From Candidatus Scybalomonas excrementavium (lineage in GTDB: Bacteria; Bacillota; Clostridia; Lachnospirales; Lachnospiraceae): a DNA stretch of 32,913 nt. Within the stretch, counting starts at the first letter, position 1. Each line of letters begins with the position of its first letter. The notes below the pieces were generated by a model. The model was not told the origin of the DNA. It made no database searches and was given only the letters and a program-made list of their open reading frames with translations. Location: contig JADIML010000169.1 in the NCBI GenBank assembly GCA_017694765.1, positions 1-32,913 of the forward strand. Reading direction: 5' to 3'. A program made the position numbers and the translations under genes. Below are positions 17,574-28,764 of the stretch, piece after piece.

Positions 17574-18410
17574 ATGGGATACTTTGATTTTAAGAAAGAA
17601 AAAGATTTCCTTGTTTGTATCGACAGCGATGGTTGTGCGATGGATACAATGAATGTAAAACATTTTAAATGTTTTGGACCAGAATGGATTAAACAATATG
17701 GTTTAGAAGAAGTAGAAGAAGAAGGACTTGCTTACTGGAATGAAGTAAACCTTTTCACAAAAACAAGAGGAATTAACCGTTTCAAAGGATTAGCATTAGG
17801 TCTTCTTTGGGCAAGAGAAAAAGGATATGAAATCGAAGGGCTTGATGAGTTTGTAACATGGACCAAAGAAGCAAATGAGCTTTCTAATCCAGCTCTTATG
17901 GCGTACTGCCAAAAAACAAACAACCCATGTATGGAAAATGCACTTCTTTGGAGTATTCATGTAAATCGTTCTATTACAGAGCTTCCAAAAGATGATAAAC
18001 CATTTGAACATGTAAAAGATACAATGGATTTTATGTGCCAACAAGCAGATTTAACAGCCGTATCTTCTGCTAATGGAGAAGCTGTTGAAACAGAGTGGAC
18101 AAAACATGGATTAAAAGAAGATTGCCGTGTGCTTTTAAGCCAAGAAGCTGGTTCTAAAGCATATTGTATCGGAGAACTATTAAAACTTGGATATGACAAG
18201 AAGAACACATTAATGGTTGGAGATGCACCTGGAGATAGAGATAGTGCCTTCAAAAATGGCGTTTGGTTCTTCCCAATCATCGTAAATAAAGAAGGCGAAA
18301 GCTGGGAACGTTTAAAAAATGAGGCTTTCCCTAAATTAGTAGAAGGTACATTTGATGAAGCGTACCAAAAAGAATTACTTGATATGTTTGAAAAAGCACT
18401 AGATGCTTAA
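17574..18410 (+). CDS. HAD-superfamily hydrolase (phosphatase-like)
   Basis: HAD motif I CIDSDGCAMDT, motif II AVSSA, and motif IV MVGDAPGDRDSA. Start taken at the second ATG (17574), 9 nt after AGGAG; the first ATG (17565) abuts the RBS. Confidence 0.72.
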   Translation: MGYFDFKKEKDFLVCIDSDGCAMDTMNVKHFKCFGPEWIKQYGLEEVEEEGLAYWNEVNLFTKTRGINRFKGLALGLLWAREKGYEIEGLDEFVTWTKEANELSNPALMAYCQKTNNPCMENALLWSIHVNRSITELPKDDKPFEHVKDTMDFMCQQADLTAVSSANGEAVETEWTKHGLKEDCRVLLSQEAGSKAYCIGELLKLGYDKKNTLMVGDAPGDRDSAFKNGVWFFPIIVNKEGESWERLKNEAFPKLVEGTFDEAYQKELLDMFEKALDA

Positions 18411-18483
18411 TGTATGTGAAGGGCAAGTAACTTGCCATGTAATCGGTTTTGAAATAATAAAGTAAAATATTGTATAAAAGAGG

Positions 18484-18540
18484 AGGTGTTATGACAATTT
18501 AAGAGAGCAAATTTCTTAAGTTGTTTTAACACCTTTTTTG
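18484..18540 (+). terminator. Strong intrinsic terminator only 36 nt upstream of the uxaC start codon
   Basis: AGGTGTTA...TAACACCT outer stem, extended by ACAA/TTGT and an inner TTAAGA/TCTTAA stem, followed by TTTTTT. The 5' arm contains AGGAGG plus a 3-codon ORF, ATG ACA ATT TAA. Confidence 0.7.
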
Positions 18541-18575
18541 GAATTAGAAGAAATAATAGATGGAGGAACTGTAAA

Positions 18576-19991
18576 ATGAAAAAATTTATGGATCAAGATT
18601 TTTTACTTTCTACAGAAACTGCAAAAATTCTTTATCATGAATATGCAGAAAAAACACCAATTTTAGATTACCACTGTCATATCAATCCACAAGAGATTGC
18701 AGAAGACAGACATTTTGATAATATTACACAAGTTTGGCTTGGTGGCGATCACTATAAATGGCGTCAGATGCGCAGCAATGGTGTAGAAGAACGCTATATT
18801 ACAGGAGATGCTTCTGATAGAGAAAAATTCCAAAAATGGGCAGAAACATTAGAAAAAGCAATTGGAAACCCTCTTTATCATTGGAGCCATTTAGAGTTAA
18901 AAAATTACTTCGGATATGAAGGTGCTTTAAATGGTGATACAGCAGAAGAAGTTTGGAACATTTGTAATGAAAAACTTGCCAAGCCTGAAATGAGTGCAAG
19001 AGGAATTATGAAGGCTTCTGGTGTAACATTGATTTGTACAACAGATGATCCAATTGATGACTTAAGATGGCATAAGATAATTAAAGAAGATGAAACATTT
19101 GATATTCAAGTTCTTCCAGCTTGGAGACCAGATAGAGCAGTTTCTATTGAAAAACCAGATTTTGTTGATTATACAAAACAACTCGCTGAAGTTGCAGGAG
19201 TAGAAATCAAAACATTTGCTGATTGGAAATGTGCCATGACAAAGAGAATGGAATTCTTCAATGAAATGGGATGTAAAGCAAGTGATCATGGTTTATTATA
19301 CATTCCATATGTAGAAGCAACAGAGGCAGAAGTAGATGCCATTTTAGCAAAACGTTTTGCTGGTGAAGGATTATCGGAAGACGAAGAAATGAAATTTAAA
19401 ACAGCTTGCATGCTTTACTTAGGAAAAGAATATAAGAGACTTGATTGGGGTATGCAATTACACTTTGGTGTAACAAGAAATAACAATACAAAGATGTTTA
19501 AGAAAATTGGAGCAGATACAGGATTTGATGGCATTTACAATCGTGTACCAATTACAGAATTAGCTTCTTATCTCGATGCTCTTTGTATGGAAGATCAGCT
19601 TCCAAAAACAGTTCTTTATAGTTTAAATCCAACGGATAATGCTTCTATTGGAACACTTCTTGGATGTTTCCAAGAATCAGATGCAGTTGGAAAAATTCAA
19701 CAAGGTTCCGCATGGTGGTTCAACGATCATAAGACAGGAATGACAGAACAAATGTTATCTCTTGCAAACTTAGGACTTCTTGGAAACTTTATTGGAATGT
19801 TGACAGATTCAAGAAGTTTCTTATCTTATACAAGACATGAATATTTCAGAAGAATTCTTTGTGAACTTGTAGGAAACCTTGTAGAAAATGGAGAGTATCC
19901 ATGGGATCAAGAGCGTGTGGGAGCTATGATCAAAAATATTTCTTACAATAACTCTGTACGTTACTTTGGATTCTCTTTAGAAACTGTATAA
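18576..19991 (+). CDS. uxaC: Glucuronate isomerase
   Basis: Canonical N-terminus FMDQDFLLSTETAKILYHEYAEKTPILDYHCHINPQEIAED, then GDHYKWR and WWFND. GGAGG RBS. Confidence 0.95.
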   Translation: MKKFMDQDFLLSTETAKILYHEYAEKTPILDYHCHINPQEIAEDRHFDNITQVWLGGDHYKWRQMRSNGVEERYITGDASDREKFQKWAETLEKAIGNPLYHWSHLELKNYFGYEGALNGDTAEEVWNICNEKLAKPEMSARGIMKASGVTLICTTDDPIDDLRWHKIIKEDETFDIQVLPAWRPDRAVSIEKPDFVDYTKQLAEVAGVEIKTFADWKCAMTKRMEFFNEMGCKASDHGLLYIPYVEATEAEVDAILAKRFAGEGLSEDEEMKFKTACMLYLGKEYKRLDWGMQLHFGVTRNNNTKMFKKIGADTGFDGIYNRVPITELASYLDALCMEDQLPKTVLYSLNPTDNASIGTLLGCFQESDAVGKIQQGSAWWFNDHKTGMTEQMLSLANLGLLGNFIGMLTDSRSFLSYTRHEYFRRILCELVGNLVENGEYPWDQERVGAMIKNISYNNSVRYFGFSLETV

Positions 19992-20004
19992 GAGAAATGA
20001 GTGG

Positions 20005-20066
20005 CAAGCACAGAAATAGACTCTTCTTTCTAATAAGTATCAGTCATTCTGTGCTTGTTCTTTTTT
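20005..20066 (+). terminator. Intrinsic terminator of uxaC
   Basis: CAAGCACAGAA-31 nt-TTCTGTGCTTG (11-bp stem) followed by TTCTTTTTT. Confidence 0.65.
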
Positions 20067-20116
20067 ATGTTATAGGAAATTCATCGGAAAGCGAGTTATC
20101 CTATAACATAAAAAAG
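20060..20116. repeat. 18-bp perfect inverted repeat CTTTTTTATGTTATAGGA / TCCTATAACATAAAAAAG with a 21-nt spacer
   Basis: Arms at 20060-20077 and 20099-20116 are exact reverse complements. No U-tail follows on either strand. Confidence 0.85.
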
Positions 20117-20192
20117 CACTATGTGCGAACGATGCGCAGCTCGCAAAGAAGATAATTTTGCTTCACAAATTGCTCGCGCGCGGCAAAGCGTG

Positions 20193-20241
20193 CATTGCTA
20201 GAAGTAACTTAAAGTCGCGAAGAGTGTGCAATGCACACTTT
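20193..20241 (+). repeat. 49-nt intergenic repeat, copy A (matches 28682-28730 at 42/49 positions)
   Basis: CATTGCTAGAAGTAACTTAAAGTCGCGAAGAGTGTGCAATGCACACTTT. Contains the palindrome AGTGTGCA-A-TGCACACT. Confidence 0.8.
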
Positions 20242-20290
20242 GGTCTAAATGAGCTTGTCAAGGGAATCTATGAAAAAAAAGAAAATATAA

Positions 20291-20319
20291 TTGACAGAGA
20301 TTGACAAGTGTGATAACAT
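20291..20319 (+). promoter_or_regulatory. Candidate rpoB promoter TTGACA-17 nt-TAACAT with a TG extension; a second TTGACA lies 10 nt downstream
   Basis: TTGACA at 20291-20296, TGATAACAT at 20311-20319, about 100 nt upstream of the rpoB ATG. Confidence 0.4.
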
Positions 20320-20415
20320 ATCATAATGCGATATTATGGGATCATACGCCCATGGGATCGATAAAGTAGAAACAATGTTAATTTTTTATAAAATATTCAA
20401 GGGGTGAAAACATCA

Positions 20416-23400
20416 ATGGAAAAGAACAGAATACATCCGGTCAAAGCTGGCAAAAGTGTCAGAGTTAGCTATGCAAGACAAAAAGAAATTTTAGAGATGC
20501 CAAACCTGATCGAAGTTCAGAAAAATTCTTATCAGTGGTTCTTAGATGAAGGACTCAAAGAAGTTTTTAATGATATCTCACCTATCACAGATTATAGCGG
20601 ACAGTTAAGTCTTGAATTTGTGGACTTCACATTATGTGAAGATGACGTCAAGTACACAATTGAAGAGTGTAAGGAAAGAGATGCCACTTATGCTGCTCCT
20701 CTGAAAGTAAAGGTAAGACTTTATAACAGAGAAACAGATGAATTTAGTCAGCATGATATCTTTATGGGTGACCTGCCTTTAATGACAAAGACAGGTACAT
20801 TTGTGATCAATGGTGCAGAACGTGTTATCGTTAGCCAGTTAGTTCGTTCACCAGGTATTTATTATGCGATTGGTCATGATAAAATCGGAAAAGAATTATA
20901 TTCAAGTACCGTTATTCCAAACCGTGGTGCATGGTTAGAATATGAAACAGATTCAAACGACGTATTTTATGTTCGTGTTGATAGAACAAGAAAAGTTCCA
21001 ATTACTGTCTTAATCCGTGCTTTAGGAATTGGAACAAATGCAGAAATTAAAGAATTGTTCGGTGAAGAACCAAAGATTTTGGCTAGTTTTGAAAAGGATC
21101 CATCTGATAATTATCAAGATGGTTTATTAGAGTTATACAAAAAAATCCGTCCAGGTGAGCCTTTATCAGTAGATAGTGCAGAAAGCCTGATCAATAGTAT
21201 GTTTTTCGACCCTAGAAGATATGACCTTGCAAAGGTTGGACGTTACAAATTTAATAAAAAATTAGCTCTTAAAAATAGAATTAGTGGACATAAATTAGCA
21301 GAAGATGTTGTAGATATGTCTACAGGAGAAATCATTGCAGAAGCAGGAACTGTTGTAACAAGAGAATTAGCCGATCAGATTCAAAATGCAGCAGTACCAT
21401 TTGTTATGATGGAAGCAGAAGAAAGAGTTGTAAAAGTTCTTTCTAATATGATGGTAGATCTTAGAGCTTATGTGGATGTAGATCCAGAAGAATTTGGTAT
21501 CACAGAAGCTGTGTATTATCCAGTATTAGCTGGAATTTTAGCAGAATATGATGATATGGAAGAGATCAAAGAAGCAATTCGTAAAAATGTGGTAGATTTA
21601 GTACCAAAACACATTACAAAAGAAGATATTTTAGCTTCTATTAACTATAATTTACATTTAGAGTATGGATTTGGAACTTCTGATGATATTGACCACTTAG
21701 GAAATCGTCGTATTCGTGCAGTTGGAGAATTATTACAAAATCAATATCGTATTGGTTTATCAAGATTAGAACGTGTTGTTCGTGAAAGAATGACAACACA
21801 GGATTTAGAAACAGTTTCTCCACAATCTTTAATTAATATTAAACCAGTTACTGCAGCAGTGAAAGAATTCTTTGGAAGCTCTCAGTTATCTCAGTTTATG
21901 GATCAGAACAATCCATTATCAGAGCTTACTCACAAAAGACGTCTTTCTGCATTAGGACCAGGTGGTCTTTCAAGAGATCGTGCAGGTTTCGAAGTTCGTG
22001 ACGTTCACTATACACATTATGGTAGAATGTGTCCAATCGAAACACCGGAAGGTCCAAACATCGGTCTTATTAACTCATTAGCGACTTATGCGAGAATTAA
22101 TCAATATGGATTTATTGAAGCTCCATATTTAGTTCTTGATAAATCCGATCCACAAAATCCAAGAGTTACCGATGAATTTGTATATTTGACAGCAGACGAA
22201 GAAGATAATTATACAGTTGCACAGGCGAATGAACCAATTGATGAAAATGGATATTTCCTTCATGATAACGTATCTGGTCGTTACCGTGAAGAAACATCTC
22301 AGTTCCCAAAAGCTCGTATGGACTTAATGGACGTATCACCTAAGATGGTATTCTCTGTAGCGACATCTATGATTCCTTTCCTTGAAAACGATGATGCGAA
22401 CCGTGCGTTAATGGGATCTAACATGCAGCGTCAGGCAGTACCTCTTCTTAGAACAGAAGCACCTGTTGTAGGAACTGGAATGGAATCAAAAGCTGCGGTT
22501 GACTCAGGAGCTTGTGTTGTTGCAGAACATGATGGTGTTGTAGAAAAAGCGACATCCAAAGAAATCATCGTAAGAAGAGAAGATGGCACAAGAGATGTAT
22601 ATCATACAGTGAAATTTGCAAGAAGCAACCAATCAAACTGTATGAATCAGAGAACAATCGTAAACAAAGGTGACCATGTAAAAGCAGGAGAAGTATTAGC
22701 AGATGGTGCTTCTACAAGCAATGGTGAATTAGCACTTGGTAAAAACCCATTAATCGGATTTATGACTTGGGAAGGTTATAACTACGAGGATGCGGTTCTT
22801 TTAAGTGAACGTTTAGTTCAAGATGATGTCTATACATCCGTTCATATCGAAGAATATGAAGCAGAAGCAAGAGATACAAAACTTGGACAGGAAGAAATTA
22901 CAAGAGATTTAGCAGGTCTTAATGAAGATGTGTTAAAAGATCTTGATGAAAATGGTATTATTCGAATCGGTGCAGAAGTTCGTGCAGGAGATATCTTAGT
23001 TGGTAAAGTAACACCAAAGGGTGAAACAGAATTAACAGCAGAAGAACGTCTTTTAAGAGCAATCTTCGGTGAAAAAGCTCGTGAAGTTAGAGATACTTCT
23101 TTAAGAGTTCCACATGGTTCTTATGGTATCGTATTAGATGCAAAAGTATTCACAAGAGAAAATGGAGATGAGCTTCCACCAGGAGTAAATAAATCTGTAC
23201 GTGTTTATATCGCACAGAAGAGAAAAATCTCTGTTGGTGATAAGATGGCTGGTCGCCATGGTAATAAAGGGGTTATCTCAAGAATTCTTCCAGTGGAAGA
23301 TATGCCATTCCTTCCAAACGGAAGACCGCTTGATATCGTATTAAATCCTCTTGGGGTGCCTTCTCGTATGAATATCGGACAGGTATTAGAAATCCACTTA

Positions 23401-24240
23401 AGTCTTGCATCTAAAGTATTAGGCTTTAATGTATCGACACCAGTCTTTAATGGTGCTGATGAAAATGACATTATGGATACACTTGAGATGGCAAACGATT
23501 ACGCAAACTGGGGATGGCCTGATTTCGAAGAAAAATGGGGTCCAAAAGTAAGCGATGATGTGATGAAATACCTCTATGATAATCGTGCACATCGTGCAGA
23601 ATGGAGAGGTGTTCCATTAAATCGTACAGGTAAAGTTCAGCTCCGTGACGGACGTACAGGAGAAGAATTTGATAGTCCTGTAACAATCGGATTCATGCAC
23701 TACTTAAAACTCCACCACTTAGTAGACGATAAGATCCATGCTCGTTCTACTGGTCCTTACTCCTTGGTAACACAACAGCCACTTGGTGGTAAAGCGCAGT
23801 TTGGTGGACAGCGTTTTGGTGAGATGGAAGTTTGGGCTCTTGAAGCGTATGGTGCATCTTACACATTACAGGAAATCCTTACAGTGAAATCTGATGATGT
23901 TGTTGGTCGTGTTAAGACATATGAAGCCATCATTAAAGGAGAAAATATTCCGGAACCAGGTATTCCAGAATCTTTCAAAGTATTATTAAAAGAATTCCAG
24001 TCACTTGCATTAGATGTACGTGTCTTAAAAGAAGATGCAACAGAAATCGAAATTCAAGAGAGAGTCGATTATGGAAATGAAGATTTAACACCAATGATCG
24101 AAGGGGATTCTAACTTTGGCTTAGAACAAGAAGAATCTTTTGGAGATATGGGATTTAAAGAAGGCTCCTATGAAGATGGGGAAGATCCATTAGATGATTT
24201 TGATGCTGTACCAATAGGAGCAGATGATTCTGATTTCTAA
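20416..24240 (+). CDS. rpoB: DNA-directed RNA polymerase subunit beta
   Basis: Unmistakable: [54 protein letters not shown]. Start placed at ATG 20416 ([10 protein letters not shown]...), 9 nt after AAGGGGTG; the ORF-track start at 20404 is a GTG inside the RBS. Confidence 0.98.
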   Translation: MEKNRIHPVKAGKSVRVSYARQKEILEMPNLIEVQKNSYQWFLDEGLKEVFNDISPITDYSGQLSLEFVDFTLCEDDVKYTIEECKERDATYAAPLKVKVRLYNRETDEFSQHDIFMGDLPLMTKTGTFVINGAERVIVSQLVRSPGIYYAIGHDKIGKELYSSTVIPNRGAWLEYETDSNDVFYVRVDRTRKVPITVLIRALGIGTNAEIKELFGEEPKILASFEKDPSDNYQDGLLELYKKIRPGEPLSVDSAESLINSMFFDPRRYDLAKVGRYKFNKKLALKNRISGHKLAEDVVDMSTGEIIAEAGTVVTRELADQIQNAAVPFVMMEAEERVVKVLSNMMVDLRAYVDVDPEEFGITEAVYYPVLAGILAEYDDMEEIKEAIRKNVVDLVPKHITKEDILASINYNLHLEYGFGTSDDIDHLGNRRIRAVGELLQNQYRIGLSRLERVVRERMTTQDLETVSPQSLINIKPVTAAVKEFFGSSQLSQFMDQNNPLSELTHKRRLSALGPGGLSRDRAGFEVRDVHYTHYGRMCPIETPEGPNIGLINSLATYARINQYGFIEAPYLVLDKSDPQNPRVTDEFVYLTADEEDNYTVAQANEPIDENGYFLHDNVSGRYREETSQFPKARMDLMDVSPKMVFSVATSMIPFLENDDANRALMGSNMQRQAVPLLRTEAPVVGTGMESKAAVDSGACVVAEHDGVVEKATSKEIIVRREDGTRDVYHTVKFARSNQSNCMNQRTIVNKGDHVKAGEVLADGASTSNGELALGKNPLIGFMTWEGYNYEDAVLLSERLVQDDVYTSVHIEEYEAEARDTKLGQEEITRDLAGLNEDVLKDLDENGIIRIGAEVRAGDILVGKVTPKGETELTAEERLLRAIFGEKAREVRDTSLRVPHGSYGIVLDAKVFTRENGDELPPGVNKSVRVYIAQKRKISVGDKMAGRHGNKGVISRILPVEDMPFLPNGRPLDIVLNPLGVPSRMNIGQVLEIHLSLASKVLGFNVSTPVFNGADENDIMDTLEMANDYANWGWPDFEEKWGPKVSDDVMKYLYDNRAHRAEWRGVPLNRTGKVQLRDGRTGEEFDSPVTIGFMHYLKLHHLVDDKIHARSTGPYSLVTQQPLGGKAQFGGQRFGEMEVWALEAYGASYTLQEILTVKSDDVVGRVKTYEAIIKGENIPEPGIPESFKVLLKEFQSLALDVRVLKEDATEIEIQERVDYGNEDLTPMIEGDSNFGLEQEESFGDMGFKEGSYEDGEDPLDDFDAVPIGADDSDF

Positions 24241-24267
24241 AGAAGAGCAATAATATATAGAACTAAG

Positions 24268-24305
24268 TAGGAGTGCTTGCACTCCTATTTGGTGCTTTTG
24301 GTTTT
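24268..24305 (+). terminator. Hairpin plus U-rich tract in the rpoB-rpoC spacer (candidate attenuator)
   Basis: TAGGAGTG-CTTG-CACTCCTA (8-bp stem) followed by TTTGGTGCTTTTGGTTTT. Confidence 0.45.
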
Positions 24306-24452
24306 CATCATTGTGAAAAAGATAAGCAATAGATGTATTTATAAATTCGTGAAACTTGGCAAAAATTTTGCTATAAAAATAAGAGATTACTCGAGCAAGA
24401 AACACCAATTTTGGTGTGGATATGTTCATTAGCACGGGAAGGAGTAACCAGA

Positions 24453-28061
<3,609 letters not shown>

Positions 28062-28070
28062 TTGCTATAG

Positions 28071-28104
28071 AAAGGGAAGAAACGAAATGGTTTCTTCCCT
28101 TTTT
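28071..28104 (+). terminator. Intrinsic terminator of rpoC
   Basis: AAAGGGAAGAAAC-GAAATG-GTTTCTTCCCTTT followed by a T-run. Confidence 0.9.
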
Positions 28105-28241
28105 ACTTTATAGAAAATTTTTCTTAGTAAGTCACACTTTATTCAGACTCTATAAGATGGGTATGATGATAAAAGTGAATCAAATTAAGGAATATAGCCG
28201 AAATTTACTTTTAAAAAAATGAAAAAATTTACAAAAAAGTA

Positions 28242-28270
28242 TTGACAAAATATGGATATGCGAGTAATAT
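28242..28270 (+). promoter_or_regulatory. SigmaA-type promoter TTGACA-17 nt-TAATAT driving the riboswitch leader
   Basis: Consensus -35, exact 17-nt spacer, and an A-rich upstream tract. Lies about 20 nt before riboswitch unit 1. Confidence 0.7.
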
Positions 28271-28287
28271 ATGTGCATACAATAAAT

Positions 28288-28392
28288 AGTAAAAAGGCAA
28301 AATTACTGAAAAGTAATGACGCAAAGTTAAGTATCTAAGGCAATAAAGCTATGATCGACTGACTGCACTGTTAATTTAACAGTGCTTTTTTT
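28288..28392 (+). promoter_or_regulatory. c-di-GMP-I (GEMM-I)-like riboswitch unit 1: aptamer plus intrinsic terminator
   Basis: AAAAAGGCAAA, then the AUUACU-GAAA-AGUAAU hairpin, then GACGCAAAG, then UCUAAGG...CUAUGA (tetraloop-receptor-like). The terminator is GCACTGTT-AATTT-AACAGTGC plus T7. Confidence 0.8.
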
Positions 28393-28552
28393 ATTTCATA
28401 AAAAGAGTTTGTCCATTCTTTTAGAAGAGAATTGGTTTTCTATGAAAGAAGAAAGCGTGAGAAAATGTAACTCAGAACAATAAAGTATAAAGGATGTAAA
28501 CTTTATGATAAATGAGGTTACGAATTGTTAGGAAAACCAAAGAGATAGAAGA

Positions 28553-28658
28553 AGTAAAAGGGCAAAATTACTGAAAAGTAATGACGCAAAGTTAAGTGTC
28601 TAAGGCAAATAAAGCTATGATTGACTAACTGCACTGTTAATTTAACAGTGCTTTTTTT
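28553..28658 (+). promoter_or_regulatory. c-di-GMP-I (GEMM-I)-like riboswitch unit 2: aptamer plus intrinsic terminator
   Basis: Direct repeat of unit 1, differing by 4 substitutions and a 1-nt indel, with the same conserved strands and an identical terminator. Confidence 0.8.
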
Positions 28659-28681
28659 ATTTCATAGGAAATACCTTGTTA

Positions 28682-28730
28682 CATTGTTAGAAGTAACTGA
28701 AAGTTACGAAGAGTGTACAAGGGACACTTT
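28682..28730 (+). repeat. 49-nt intergenic repeat, copy B (matches 20193-20241 at 42/49 positions)
   Basis: CATTGTTAGAAGTAACTGAAAGTTACGAAGAGTGTACAAGGGACACTTT. Contains the hairpin GTAACT-GAA-AGTTAC. Lies between riboswitch unit 2 and the first ORF. Confidence 0.8.
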
Positions 28731-28764
28731 ATTATGAGCCAAATAAAAGAGAGGGGAGACTTCT

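Noticed and set aside
18423-18436. GCAAGTAACTTGCC hairpin shares the 9-mer AAGTAACTT with the 49-nt repeat
   Set aside because: A single 9-nt match in AT-rich DNA is within chance expectation. The surrounding sequence is unrelated.
21880-22010. Rifampicin-resistance determining region of rpoB
   Set aside because: It reads [32 protein letters not shown], which is wild-type at the positions equivalent to E. coli D516, H526 and S531. There is no resistance signature to report.
28288-28666. Whether the two 113-nt direct repeats could be a CRISPR array or an IS remnant
   Set aside because: There are only two copies, 265 nt apart, each much longer than a CRISPR repeat. Each contains riboswitch-type conserved strands and its own terminator. 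There are no cas or transposase genes.
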